Positions 18,033 to 31,164 of a DNA stretch of 64,000 nt are shown one piece after another; within the stretch, counting starts at the first letter, position 1, and each line of letters opens with the position of its first letter. The position numbers and the translations under genes are program-made. The notes beneath the pieces are model-generated. The model had not been told where the DNA came from, searched no databases, and worked only from the letters and a program-made list of their open reading frames with translations. Origin of the DNA: an uncultured Actinomycetes bacterium (GTDB lineage: Bacteria > Actinomycetota > UBA4738 > HRBIN12); assembly GCA_963731925.1 (NCBI GenBank), contig CAVSXK010000026.1, positions 94,265-158,264 on the forward strand, given 5' to 3'.

Positions 18033-19296
18033 TCACCGACGCCGACGAGCCAGGACGTCGGGTGTCAGGAAGCCGATGATGGCCACCAGGTACAGCGCCG
18101 CCAAGATCAGGAAGCCTTCGCGGAAGTCGATCGGAGCGAGCGCCGGGATCAGCGCTCCCCCGACCCAGGCGAGCTGGAACAGCACCTCGTACCGGACGAA
18201 CACCCTTCCGTACGATCCGCCCGGGGCGAGCCGTTGCATCAGCGTCTGGAACGCGAGCCGCCCGAGCTCCGACGACGCCCCCACGACGATGGCGAACAGG
18301 ATCAGGACCACCAGCTCGAACGCGAAGAACGAGAGCGTCGCACCGACCCCCGCCCCGATGAGGCACCCGATGACGACGGCCTCCTCCCGCAGTTTGGCCG
18401 GCAGCCGCGGCGCGATCAGGTCGCCGAGGAACGCGCCGGCCGTCGCCGCGCCGGCGAGCACCGCGAACCACCACGTCGGCTCGCCGCTGCGTCGTAGCGA
18501 GAACGCGAGCGCGAACAGCAGGAACCCGCTCGCGGCTCGGAGCCCGGCCGCGCCGATCGCGGGGGCGGTGAGCTGCGGGATCGCGCCGCGCTTGGAGACC
18601 TCGGCCTGCCCGCCCTGTACGTGCGGATGCGGCAGTCGAAGGTTCAGCAGCGCGGTGATGCCGTACACGACGGACGCTCCGTACAGGACCGCCTCGGCGC
18701 CGCCGAGCTCCAGGAGCCCGAACGCGGGGCCGGCCGCCAGCAAGGCTCCGCCCGCGGCGATGCGACCGAGGCGGGCGTTCGCGCGCACGAGCCCCTCGTT
18801 CGGTCCCGCGTACGCGGCGACGAGCCCGTTCTTCGTGATCGCGTGGACCTTCGACAGGACCAGCAGCAGGAACGCGGCGGGGAACAGCAGCAGCGTGCCG
18901 AACCGGGGGGCCGCGTACAGGCAGACCACGGCTCGGCCGACCGCCGCGCCGAACGAGATCGCGCGCCTCGGGCCCCGCGCGGTCGAGCAGCGGCACCAGG
19001 AACGGGCCCGCGACCGCGAGCGGCGCCATCGTGAGCGCGAGATACCCTGCGACCTTGACCTCGACGTCGGCCTCGCCTACCGGGATGTCGAAGAACACCG
19101 ATCCGGCGAGCGCGATCGCCACCATCGCGTCGCCCGCCACGCTGCCGAGGTGCGCGAGCCCGTACGTGTCGAGCGGGTCGTCCGAACGCCACATGCGCCC
19201 GAGCGGCCGGAACAGCGCCTCGACCATCGCGACCAGTCCGAGCAGGATGAGCTGCCACCAGGGGTAGCGTTTCGGCGCCTTCCGGTCGACCGTCAC
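18033..19296 (-). CDS. MFS-like membrane protein, split by a +1 frameshift near 18972
   Basis: ORF 17926-19296 (N-half, ..LLDRAGP) continues in the frame of ORF 18033-18929 (RRAISFGAAVGRAVVCLY..) after removing one C from CCCG. Confidence 0.7.
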
Positions 19297-19307
19297 CGTC
19301 TGCCGGA

Positions 19308-20765
19308 TCAGGACCCAGACAAGCGCTGGAGGAGCAGCTCGCGAACGGCCTTCGGGTCGGCCGAACCACCGGACTTCTTCATCACCTGACCGAGGACGGC
19401 GTTCAACGCGTTGTCCTTCCCGCCGCGGAACTGCTGCACGGGTCCCGGGTTCTCGGCGATCGCCTCGTCAACCCACACTCCGAGGGCCGCCGAGTCGACC
19501 ACCTGCCGCAGTCCTCGTCGCTCCACGATCGCCTCGACGGTGTCGCCGGTCTCGAACGCCTCCTCGAGCGCCTGCTTCGCTCCGGTCGCCGAGATCGTCC
19601 CGTCCGCCACGAGGCGAACGAGATCCGCGATGTGCTGCGGCTTCACCTTGGCGTCCGCGAGGTCGGCCTTCGCGGTGTTGAGCAGCCCGGCGAGGTCCTG
19701 CGTGATCCAGTTCGCGGCAGACCGCGGATCCGTTCCAAGGGATACGACCTGATCGAAGAACCACGCCGTCCCCGGCGAACCCGCGATGAGACGCGCCTGC
19801 TCCGACGTCAGACCCCTCTGCGAGACGTACGAGCTCCGAAGCTCGGCGGGCAGCATCGGAAGCGAGCCTCGAAGCCCTTCGACCCAGGCACGGTCGGGTG
19901 CGAGCGGCGTCAGGTCGGGTTCGGGGAAGTAGCGGTAGTCGAACGCCTCCTCCTTCGAACGCAGCGTGTGCGTCGCGCCCGTCTCCTCGTCGAAGTGGCG
20001 CGTCTCCTGGACGAGCGGCTCGCCGCGTTCGAGCGCGCCCCGCTGGCGCTCCTCCTCGTACCGCAGCGCGCGTTCGAGCGAGCGGACCGAGTTGAGGTTC
20101 TTGATCTCGACCTTGGTCCCGAGCTCGGTCTCGCCGGCGCGCCGGGTGGAGATGTTCGCGTCGCAGCGCAGCGACCCCTCCTCCATCCGAACGTCCGAGA
20201 CGCCGAGTGCCTCCAGCGTCGCCCGGAGCTCGGTGAAGTAGGCGCGCGCCTGTTCCGCCGACCGCAGATCGGGCTCGGAGACGCACTCGACGAGCGGCAC
20301 GCCGGCACGGTTGTAGTCGACGAGGGCGTACTCCGCCCGACCGATCCGTCCGCCGGCGCCCACGTGTGTCGTCTTGCCGGTGTCCTCCTCCATGTGCACG
20401 CGCGTGATGCCGATCGACCGGCGGCTGCCGTCGACCTCGATCTCCAGACGCCCGCCGACGCAGACCGGCAGGTCGTACTGGCTGATCTGGTAGCCCTTCG
20501 GCATGTCCGGATAGAAGTAGTTCTTCCGGTGGAAGAGCGAGTCCGAGGCGATCGTCGAGTCGAGGGCGAGCCCGATCCGAACGATCGACTCGATCGCCTG
20601 CTCGTTCGGGACCGGGAGCGAGCCCGGCAGCCCGAGGCAGACCGGGCAGACGTTGGAGTTGGGAGGCGCGCCGAACGCGTTGCGGCATCCGCAGAACATC
20701 TTCGTCTTCGTCGAGAGCTCGACGTGACACTCGAGCCCGATGACGGTTTCGAACGCGGCGGCCAT
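19308..20765 (-). CDS. gatB: Asp/Glu-tRNA amidotransferase subunit B
   Basis: VIGLECHVEL.T.TKMFC, RKNYFYPD.PKGYQISQ, EEDTGK, DYNRAGVPL.E, EGSLRCDANIS, YRYFPEPDL. Confidence 0.95.
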   Translation of the reverse strand: MAAAFETVIGLECHVELSTKTKMFCGCRNAFGAPPNSNVCPVCLGLPGSLPVPNEQAIESIVRIGLALDSTIASDSLFHRKNYFYPDMPKGYQISQYDLPVCVGGRLEIEVDGSRRSIGITRVHMEEDTGKTTHVGAGGRIGRAEYALVDYNRAGVPLVECVSEPDLRSAEQARAYFTELRATLEALGVSDVRMEEGSLRCDANISTRRAGETELGTKVEIKNLNSVRSLERALRYEEERQRGALERGEPLVQETRHFDEETGATHTLRSKEEAFDYRYFPEPDLTPLAPDRAWVEGLRGSLPMLPAELRSSYVSQRGLTSEQARLIAGSPGTAWFFDQVVSLGTDPRSAANWITQDLAGLLNTAKADLADAKVKPQHIADLVRLVADGTISATGAKQALEEAFETGDTVEAIVERRGLRQVVDSAALGVWVDEAIAENPGPVQQFRGGKDNALNAVLGQVMKKSGGSADPKAVRELLLQRLSGS

Positions 20766-20834
20766 GACGGGCAAAGCCTATCGGAGCCGTCCTACGCGAC
20801 CGCCACGAACCCCGAGCGCGAGGGAGGTCCGCGA

Positions 20835-20855
20835 GACGGAGGACGGAGGACGGAG
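20835..20855. repeat. GACGGAG x3 tandem repeat in the gatB/EamA divergent intergenic region
   Basis: Three exact 7-bp units read directly. Confidence 0.7.
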
Positions 20856-20932
20856 ATCGGTTCGCGTGACGTAACCGACAAACACCGAAACGCTAGTGAC
20901 ACCTGCGCGGGTCGCCCCGTATCGTGGTCGGC

Positions 20933-21937
20933 ATGTCCGCTCCGATCGAGCAGCCGACCGCTCGGCGGAGCGGTTCTCCCGCGGCGATCTGGACGGCGCT
21001 CTCGCTGGTCTACGTGGCGTGGAGCACGACGTTCGTCGCGATCCGGGTGACGAACGAGACGATCCCTCCGCTGCTCGGTGGCGGGATCCGGTTCCTGATC
21101 GCGGGCGGCGTGCTGCTGCCGATCGCGCTCCGGTTCGGGGACCGGTCGGGCGACCGTCCGCGTGCGACCCATTGGTGGGCCGCGGCCGTCGTCGCGGCGC
21201 TGATGATGTTCGGCGGCAACGGTGGCATCGTCTGGGCCGAGCGAACGATCCCGTCGGGGATGGCCGGGCTCGCGATCGCCACCGTCCCGCTGTGGATGGC
21301 GCTGATCGACCGCGTGGTCCTCGGGCACCGCCAGCCCAGGGTCGTGGTGATCGGGCTCGCGGTGGGGTTCGTCGGCGCGGCGCTGCTCGTGGGCGGGAAC
21401 GCGCTCGAGGGCGAGATCGACATGGGCGGGCTGATCCTCGCGCTCGCCGCGGCCGCGAGCTGGGCGGCGGGCTCGATCTACCAGCGCCACGCGGTGCTGC
21501 CGGACCGGCCGCTGGTGGCCGCCGGCATGGAGATGGTGGTCGCCGCCGGGTTCTTCTTCGCGGTGGGCGGGCTCGCCGGCGAGTTCGGGGACATCGACAC
21601 CGGGTCGGTCTCGCGGGCGTCCGTGATCGCGCTCGCGTACCTCGTCGTCGTCGGCTCGTGGATCGGCTTCACGTGCTACCTGTGGCTGCTGCGGAACGCC
21701 CGCACGTCGCTCGTCGCGACCTACGCGTACGTGACGCCGATCGGCGCGGTGATCGTGGGCGCGCTGATCCTGGACGAGACGTTCACGGTCAGCACCCTGT
21801 TCGCCGGCGTCCTCATCGTCGTGGCGGTCGCGCTGATCGTGTCCGCCGGCAGCGCGGCGCGGGAACCCTCAGGCGGCGATGAGCGCGGGACGGGCGTCGA
21901 ACCCGAGCGAAGCCTCGAGGGCGTTCGCGACCCGTAA
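20933..21937 (+). CDS. EamA/DMT family transporter
   Basis: [11 protein letters not shown]...GGIRFL.AG, PSG.AGL, LAYL.VVGS.IGF..YLWLL, YAYVTPI.AV. Confidence 0.9.
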   Translation: MSAPIEQPTARRSGSPAAIWTALSLVYVAWSTTFVAIRVTNETIPPLLGGGIRFLIAGGVLLPIALRFGDRSGDRPRATHWWAAAVVAALMMFGGNGGIVWAERTIPSGMAGLAIATVPLWMALIDRVVLGHRQPRVVVIGLAVGFVGAALLVGGNALEGEIDMGGLILALAAAASWAAGSIYQRHAVLPDRPLVAAGMEMVVAAGFFFAVGGLAGEFGDIDTGSVSRASVIALAYLVVVGSWIGFTCYLWLLRNARTSLVATYAYVTPIGAVIVGALILDETFTVSTLFAGVLIVVAVALIVSAGSAAREPSGGDERGTGVEPERSLEGVRDP

Positions 21938-23341
21938 CAGGGTGGGTTCGGCGAGGACGGGCGCGGTCAGCTGCACGCCGACCGGGAGACCGGACCCGTC
22001 CAGGCCGCTCGGGATCGAGATCGCGGGCATGCCCGACAGGTTCGCCGGGATCGTGAACACGTCGTTCAGGTACATCGCGAGCGGGTCGTCGACCTTCGCG
22101 CCGATCGGGAACGCCGTCGTCGGTGACGTCGGCGAGACGAGCACGTCGAACGACCCGAACGCCGCCTCGTAGTCCCGGATGATGAGGGTCCGCACCTTCT
22201 GCGCCTGGCCGTAGTACGCCTCGTAGTAGCCGGCCGAGAGCGCGTAGGTGCCGAGCATGATCCGGCGCTTGACCTCCGCTCCGAACCCGGCACCGCGCGT
22301 CTTCGTCATCATCTCGACCGAGTCCGAGCCGTCGACGCGCAGGCCGTACCGGACGCCGTCGTAGCGCGCGAGGTTCGACGAGGCCTCCGAGGGCGCGATC
22401 AGGTAGTACGCGGAGAGCGCGTAGTCCGCGTGCGGCAGCGACGCCTCGCCGACCTGCGCGCCCAGGTTCGACAGCTCGTCCACCGCGCGCTGCACGCTCG
22501 CCCGCACGCCCGGCTCGACCCCTTCGCCGAACGCCTCCTTGACCACGCCCACTCGAATGCCCGAGATCGCGTCCTCCAGGCCACGGGTGTAGTCGCGGCG
22601 CGGCTCGTCGAGGCTGGTCGCGTCCAACGGATCCTTGCCCGCGATCGTCGAGAGCAGCACGGCTGCGTCCCGCACGCTCCGCGTGAACGTCCCCACCGTG
22701 TCGAGCGAGGACGCGAACGCGATCAGCCCGTACCTGCTGATCAACCCGTAGGTGGGCTTGAAGCCGACCACGCCGGACAGCGACGCCGGCTGCCGGACCG
22801 AGCCGCCGGTGTCGGTCCCGAGCGCCCAGACGGCCTCGCCCGCCGCGACGGCCGCGGCGCTCCCGCCGCTCGAACCGCCCGGCACCCGGTCCAGATCCCA
22901 CGGGTTGTGGACCGGGCCGAACGCCGAGTTCTCGTTGGACGAGCCCATCGCGAACTCATCGCAGTTCGTCTTGCCGAGCAGGACGCCCCCGTCCGCCTTC
23001 AGCCGCTCCCACGGCGTGCAGTCGTACGGCGGGACGTAGGTCTCGAGGATCTTCGAGCCGCACGTGGTGGTCACCCCGCGGGTCGAGAGCACGTCCTTGA
23101 GCGCGAGCGGGATGCCCGCGGCGCCCGGCGCGTCGCCGGCGGCGATCCGCGCGTCGGCCGCCTGCGCCTGCTCGCGGCCGAGGTCGTCGGTCCGAGCCAG
23201 GAACGCACGGACGCGTTCGTCGACGGCGTCGATGCGCGAGCGGCACGAGTCCCAGATCTCGACGGCCGAGATCTCCTCGGCGCGGAGCCTGGTCCCGAGC
23301 TCGCTCGCCGAGAGGTCGCACGGGGCCGTCGGCTCGGTCAC
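21869..23341 (-). CDS. gatA: Asp/Glu-tRNA amidotransferase subunit A
   Basis: [64 protein letters not shown] start at 23341 inferred. Confidence 0.95.
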   Translation of the reverse strand: MTEPTAPCDLSASELGTRLRAEEISAVEIWDSCRSRIDAVDERVRAFLARTDDLGREQAQAADARIAAGDAPGAAGIPLALKDVLSTRGVTTTCGSKILETYVPPYDCTPWERLKADGGVLLGKTNCDEFAMGSSNENSAFGPVHNPWDLDRVPGGSSGGSAAAVAAGEAVWALGTDTGGSVRQPASLSGVVGFKPTYGLISRYGLIAFASSLDTVGTFTRSVRDAAVLLSTIAGKDPLDATSLDEPRRDYTRGLEDAISGIRVGVVKEAFGEGVEPGVRASVQRAVDELSNLGAQVGEASLPHADYALSAYYLIAPSEASSNLARYDGVRYGLRVDGSDSVEMMTKTRGAGFGAEVKRRIMLGTYALSAGYYEAYYGQAQKVRTLIIRDYEAAFGSFDVLVSPTSPTTAFPIGAKVDDPLAMYLNDVFTIPANLSGMPAISIPSGLDGSGLPVGVQLTAPVLAEPTLLRVANALEASLGFDARPALIAA

Positions 23342-23628
23342 TCGACCTCCACGACCCTCGGGACCTTGAACCGGTCGGACTCGACCTCGGGCGCGTTCGC
23401 GAGGACCTCCTCGGTCGTGAGCGACGGCGTGACCTCGTCGGGTCGGAGCACGTTGGACCTCGGGATCGCGTACGCGGTGGGCGGCACGTCGTCCGTCGCG
23501 ACCTCGCCGACCTTCGCGGCGTTCTCGAGGATCACGCCGAGCTGCTCGCGCAGGCGTTCCTTCTCCTGATCGGTGAGCTCCAGACGCGCGAGGCGCGCCA
23601 CGTGCTCGATGTCGATCTCGAGCGGCAT
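23338..23628 (-). CDS. gatC: Asp/Glu-tRNA amidotransferase subunit C
   Basis: [20 protein letters not shown]....FKVP; overlaps the gatA start. Confidence 0.93.
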   Translation of the reverse strand: MPLEIDIEHVARLARLELTDQEKERLREQLGVILENAAKVGEVATDDVPPTAYAIPRSNVLRPDEVTPSLTTEEVLANAPEVESDRFKVPRVVEVE

Positions 23629-23765
23629 GCGCGCAGTCTAGCGGCGCAGTTGCGGCCTCGGGGTCGGCGCGAACCGCACGTGTGGCGCATGGGGGTGGGC
23701 TACGCTCGCGAACCGAACGGTTCCGACGCTGCACGGCGCCGGGCGGCGGGAGGAGGTCGAGGGAC

Positions 23766-24425
23766 GTGGACGAGGAACGCATCCGGCAGAGCTACGAGCG
23801 AGCGCACGACCCGTCGCGGGTCCTGGCCCTGAGCGACGGTGTCTTCGCGATCATCATCACCCTGCTCGTGCTCGAGATCCACGTCCCCGACCTGGCGCAG
23901 GGTCAGTCGCTCCGGGAGGCCCTGGAGGAGATCCGGCCGTCGCTCACGGCCTTCCTCATCAGCTTCGTGGTCGTCGCGATCGCCTGGGCGGGCCATCGAG
24001 ACATCTTCTCGTTGATCCGACGGATCGACCGAGCTCTCGTGTGGCTCAACATCCTGTACCTGCTCCCGCTGTGCATCCTTCCGTTCGGGGCATCCCTGAT
24101 CGCGCGATTCGAGAAGGAGCCGGTTGCACTGAGGATCTACGGGCTCCTCTTGCTCGCGACCGCGGTGTCGAGGCTGGGTGTCTGGTGGTACGCGAGCGGG
24201 CGACCGCATCTCCTGTTCGCCCCGGTCGATCGCCGATCGCGCCGAGCGGGCGCCGCTCTCGCCGCGGTTCCCGGGGTCATCTACGCGATCGCCATCTTCA
24301 TCTCGAACGATGCCCCGACCGCCAGCCTGATCATCTACGCGGCGGTGCCGGTCCTGTACTTCGTCGCGATCACCCTCGATCGCAGCTCCGCACCACCCGG
24401 GTCGGCGGAGCAGGAGTTCACGTGA
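23766..24425 (+). CDS. TMEM175/DUF1211 family potassium channel
   Basis: [21 protein letters not shown] signature; W.GH...F; LPF...L. GTG after GGAGG. Confidence 0.85.
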   Translation: MDEERIRQSYERAHDPSRVLALSDGVFAIIITLLVLEIHVPDLAQGQSLREALEEIRPSLTAFLISFVVVAIAWAGHRDIFSLIRRIDRALVWLNILYLLPLCILPFGASLIARFEKEPVALRIYGLLLLATAVSRLGVWWYASGRPHLLFAPVDRRSRRAGAALAAVPGVIYAIAIFISNDAPTASLIIYAAVPVLYFVAITLDRSSAPPGSAEQEFT

Positions 24426-24475
24426 GCGATCTGGGTGGAACACACCGTCGTCGGCAGACCTGAGGGCGGCGAGGG

Positions 24476-25393
24476 CTAGCGGAAGAGCCCGAAGCGGGGC
24501 TCCACCTGGTGCGCGATCGCGGCGGCCATCAGCGCGTTGCCCACCAGCCACACGTCGGTGATCGGACCGACGCCGCCGGGGACCGGCGTGATCGCCTCGG
24601 CCTTCGCGGCCACGCTGTCGAAATCGAGGTCGCCCACCATCCTGGTCTTGCCGGTCTGCTCGTCCTTGACGGCGTGGATCCCCACGTCGACCGCGACGAC
24701 GCCCTCCTTGACCATCGCGCCGTCGACGATCCCGCGGACACCCGCCGCCACGATGAGGATGTCGGCCTGCCGCGTGTAGTCCTCCAGCGGCTTGGTTCGG
24801 CTGTGGCAGGCGATCACGGTCGCGTTGCGCTGGAGGCCGAGCATCTGGGCCGGCTTGCCGACGCTGTTCGAACGCCCGACCACCACCAGCGTCCGGCCCG
24901 AGTAGAAGCTCTCGTGCCCGCCACCGTTCGCGTCCGCGTAGTGGTCGAGCAGGTAGAAGCACGACGCGGGGGTCGACGGGAGGAACCGTGGACGGCCCTG
25001 CGCGAGCAACCCGGTGTTCAAGGGATGCACGGCCTCGATGTCCTTGAGCGGATCGACCGCGCTGTTCATCTCGGCCTCCGGGATGTGCGGCGGGAGCGGG
25101 TGCAGAACCAGGATGCCGGTGATCCTCGGGTCCGCGTTCAGCTTGCCGAGCGTCGCGATGACGTCGGCCAGCTCGATGTCCTCGGGCAGGCGCTCGCACA
25201 CGTACCGGTAGTCCAGGCTCTCGGCCAGCCGCTTGACGTGTCTCTCGTACGCCTGAGCGTCGAACGACTCGCCGATCAGCACCGTGGCCAGGCCCGGGCG
25301 GACCTCCGACAACCGAAGCACCTGGAGCTCGTCGGCGATGCTCTTCCGCAGCTGCTCGGCGATCGCGTTCCCGTCGATCACGACGGCCGTCAC
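24476..25393 (-). CDS. folD: FolD-family methylenetetrahydrofolate dehydrogenase with divergent active site
   Basis: IDG..IA, PGLA.VL.G, GRSN.VGKP, DVGI, TPVPGGVGP; the canonical YxxxK, VQLP and KDVDG motifs appear as YERHV, VLHP and KDIEA. Confidence 0.85.
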   Translation of the reverse strand: MTAVVIDGNAIAEQLRKSIADELQVLRLSEVRPGLATVLIGESFDAQAYERHVKRLAESLDYRYVCERLPEDIELADVIATLGKLNADPRITGILVLHPLPPHIPEAEMNSAVDPLKDIEAVHPLNTGLLAQGRPRFLPSTPASCFYLLDHYADANGGGHESFYSGRTLVVVGRSNSVGKPAQMLGLQRNATVIACHSRTKPLEDYTRQADILIVAAGVRGIVDGAMVKEGVVAVDVGIHAVKDEQTGKTRMVGDLDFDSVAAKAEAITPVPGGVGPITDVWLVGNALMAAAIAHQVEPRFGLFR

Positions 25394-25450
25394 GAAGGCT
25401 CCTTCCACTCGGGGTGCGGGCAATCGTGCCACAGGTAGCCGGCCGCTCGT

Positions 25451-28184
<2,734 letters not shown>

Positions 28185-28262
28185 GCCGGCTGGACCTCCA
28201 TCGGCCGATGATATCCGGGCTCGCCGACCTCCCCGGGTTGCTTCGCAGGTTCCGGGGAGGCC

Positions 28263-29336
28263 TCAGCGGAGGACGTCGACGATGCGCCCGCCGCCGAGGA
28301 GCTCGTCGCCTCGGTACAGGGCCGCGCTCTGCCCGGGCGCGATCCCGCGCTGCGGCGTCCGGAGCTCCACGCGGACTCGGTCCCCGAGCGGCTCGACCAC
28401 GGCGGGCACGTCGTCACCCCGGTAGCGGAGCCGGACCTCCGCCTCGAACGGACCGTCCGACGGGGGCGCCCCGGCGATCCAGGTGACGCGATCGGCGAGG
28501 AGGCCGGGGCGCGCGAGCAACTCGCCCGGCCCCACGACCACGCGGTTGGCCGCCGCGTCGATCTCGAGCACGTAGGAGGGCTCGGGACCCGCGACGCCGA
28601 GCCCGCGCCGCTGCCCGACGGTGAACGCGGCCGTACCCCGATGCGACGCGAGCACGCGCCCGTCGGTGTCGACGACCTCGCCCTCGCGCATCAGGTGCGG
28701 GGCGACGGTCTCGAGGTACGCACCCGCCTCCCCGCTCGGCGCGAAGCACAGCTCCTGGGAGTCGGGCTTGTTCGCGACCGGCAACCCGAGCCGCTCCGCG
28801 AGTGCCCGCGTCTCGGCCTTCGGCATCCCGCCGACGGGGAACAGCGACCTCGAGAGCTCGAGCTGACCGAGCATGTGGAGCATGTACGACTGGTCCTTCG
28901 CGCGCTCGGCGCCGCGCAGCAGCCTGATCCTGCCGTCGGCCCGATCCGTCCGCACGTAGTGGCCCGTCGCCACGGACTCGATCCCGAGCTCGTCCGCCCG
29001 CCGAAGGAACGCGCCGAACTTGATCTCGCCGTTGCAGCGCGCACACGGGTTCGGCGTGCGGCCGGCCTCGTGCTCGGCGACGAAGTCCGCGATCACCGTC
29101 CGCTCGAACTCGTCGGACAGGTCGCAGATCTCGAATGGGAATCCCGCGACCCGGGCGATCTCCGAGGCGTCGGCTCGAGCGGCCGGGCCGCAGCAGCCGT
29201 GCTCGACGCCGTCGAGGTGCACGAGTTGCATGTGCGAACCCATGACGTCGTAGCCCTGCTCCTGCAGGAGGCATGCGGCGACCGACGAATCGACGCCGCC
29301 GGACATCGCAACGAGGACCGAACCCTTCGAGGACAT
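28263..29336 (-). CDS. mnmA: tRNA 2-thiouridine(34) synthase
   Basis: AMSGGVDSSVAA, TPNPC..CN..IKF, ATGHY, KDQSY.L, KPDSQELCF, FTVGQRRGLG, APGQ.A.LY. Confidence 0.95.
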   Translation of the reverse strand: MSSKGSVLVAMSGGVDSSVAACLLQEQGYDVMGSHMQLVHLDGVEHGCCGPAARADASEIARVAGFPFEICDLSDEFERTVIADFVAEHEAGRTPNPCARCNGEIKFGAFLRRADELGIESVATGHYVRTDRADGRIRLLRGAERAKDQSYMLHMLGQLELSRSLFPVGGMPKAETRALAERLGLPVANKPDSQELCFAPSGEAGAYLETVAPHLMREGEVVDTDGRVLASHRGTAAFTVGQRRGLGVAGPEPSYVLEIDAAANRVVVGPGELLARPGLLADRVTWIAGAPPSDGPFEAEVRLRYRGDDVPAVVEPLGDRVRVELRTPQRGIAPGQSAALYRGDELLGGGRIVDVLR

Positions 29337-29420
29337 GCCCAAGATGCTACGAGGTCGTCTGCGCCGTCGTCGCCGCGGGTATCCTCGGGACCGGCCAGCG
29401 GCAAGGAAAAGAGGAACCGC

Positions 29421-30188
29421 GTGAACGTCGTCGTGCTCGTCAAGTACGTCCCCGAACCGCAGGGCACGCCCACGCTCGGCGAGGACAACCTCCTCGTCCG
29501 CGAGGGCGTCGAGGGCTCGCTCGACCCCGGCGATGAGTTCGCGGTCGAGGCCGCCCTCCAGCTCGTCGAGGCTCACGGCGGCGAGGTCACGCTCCTGTCG
29601 ATGGGGCCGGAGGTCGCGACGAGCGCGCTCCGCAAGGGGTTCTCCATGGGCGCCAGCGGCGGCGTTCTCGTGACCGATCCCGCGCTCCGAGGCGCCGACG
29701 CGCTCGCGACGGCCAGGGTCCTCGCGGCCGCGGTGCGGCGGTCGGCGTTCGACCTGGTGCTCGCCGGCGTCGAATCGACCGACGGGTACACCGGCACGTT
29801 GCCGATGACCGTCGCCGAGCTCCTCGGGGTCCCGAGCGCGACGTTCGCCCGCAGGGTCGACGTCGACGGCGGCGCGCTCCGGGCGGAACGCCAGACCGAG
29901 GCCGGCTACGACGTCGTGACGTGCCCGATGCCCGCGCTCGTGACGGTCACGGGCAGCGCCGCGGAGCCGCGCTATCCGACGCTCAAGGGCATCATGGCCG
30001 CGAAGTCCAAGCCGCTCGAGCAGCTCTCGCTCGCGGATCTCGGCCTGTCCGCGGCCGACGTCGCTCCCACCCAGCGCGTCGCCTCCGTGTCCGAGGCTCC
30101 GGAGAAGACCGCGGGCACCGTGATCGCGGCCGGCGACGACGCAGCCGCCAAGGTCGCCGAGCTCCTGGCCGAGGCCAAGGCCATCTGA
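29421..30188 (+). CDS. etfB: Electron transfer flavoprotein beta subunit
   Basis: Read from the C-terminal part of ORF 28641-30188: VVLVKYVP, D.FAVE.AL, SMGP, G..S.DG.TG, PRYPTLKGIMAAK. GTG start at 29421. Confidence 0.92.
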   Translation: MNVVVLVKYVPEPQGTPTLGEDNLLVREGVEGSLDPGDEFAVEAALQLVEAHGGEVTLLSMGPEVATSALRKGFSMGASGGVLVTDPALRGADALATARVLAAAVRRSAFDLVLAGVESTDGYTGTLPMTVAELLGVPSATFARRVDVDGGALRAERQTEAGYDVVTCPMPALVTVTGSAAEPRYPTLKGIMAAKSKPLEQLSLADLGLSAADVAPTQRVASVSEAPEKTAGTVIAAGDDAAAKVAELLAEAKAI

Positions 30189-30189
30189 C

Positions 30190-31152
30190 GTGACGACGGT
30201 CTGGGTGTACGCGGAGGTCCGGCCCGAGGGCCCGAGCCCGACCGCGCTCGAGCTGCTGACCAAGGCCCGCTCGATCGGCGACGAGGTCGCCGCCGTCGCG
30301 CTCGGTCCCGGGGCGACGGCGGCCGCACCCGCCCTCGGCGATCACGGCGCGGCGACCGTGTACGCGAGCGACGACCAGGTCTACGCGGACACGCTCGGCC
30401 AGCCGGCGGCGCACGCGCTGCACGGGCTCATCCGGGAGCACGCTCCCGATCTGGTCCTGTTCTCGACGAGCTACGACGCCCGCGACGTGGCGGGGCGCCT
30501 GCAGGCCAAGCTCGGGTGCACGTTGATGAGCAACGCCAGCGACGTCACCTCTGCCGAGGAGGCCCAGACGCAGATCTTCGGCGGGAGCCGCGTCGTCGAC
30601 GTCGCGCTCGAGGGCCCGTCTCCTCGCCTGGTCCTGGTGCGCCCGAAGTCGTTCGCGGCCGAACCGGGCGGCGGAACCGCCGAGGTCGTCACGGTCGAGG
30701 CTCCGATCCCCGACGAGCTCACGGCCGCGCGCCGCGTGGAGCGCCACGAGGAGACCGCCGCCGGTCCCCGGCTCGAGGACGCGAAGGTGGTCATCGCGGG
30801 AGGACGGGGGCTGCAGGATCCGTCGAACTTCAAGCTCTTGGACGACCTCGCCGCCGCGATCGGCGGCAACGCCGCGGTGGGCGCGAGCCGGGCCGTGGTG
30901 GACGCCGGCTGGGTGCCGTACTCCTACCAGGTGGGACAGACGGGGAAGACGGTCAAACCCGAGGTGTACATCGCGGTCGGCATCAGCGGGGCGACACAGC
31001 ACGTCGTGGGGATGAAGGGCGCGAAACGGATCATCGCGATCAACAAGGATGCGGACGCCCCGATCTTCCGGCTCGCCGATCTCGGCGTGGTCGGGGACGC
31101 GCTCGCCGTGGTCCCGAAGCTGATCGAGGAGATCCGAGCGCGCCGGAGCTGA
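30190..31152 (+). CDS. etfA: Electron transfer flavoprotein alpha subunit
   Basis: [45 protein letters not shown]. Confidence 0.94.
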   Translation: MTTVWVYAEVRPEGPSPTALELLTKARSIGDEVAAVALGPGATAAAPALGDHGAATVYASDDQVYADTLGQPAAHALHGLIREHAPDLVLFSTSYDARDVAGRLQAKLGCTLMSNASDVTSAEEAQTQIFGGSRVVDVALEGPSPRLVLVRPKSFAAEPGGGTAEVVTVEAPIPDELTAARRVERHEETAAGPRLEDAKVVIAGGRGLQDPSNFKLLDDLAAAIGGNAAVGASRAVVDAGWVPYSYQVGQTGKTVKPEVYIAVGISGATQHVVGMKGAKRIIAINKDADAPIFRLADLGVVGDALAVVPKLIEEIRARRS

Positions 31153-31164
31153 GGGAGTCCTGGA

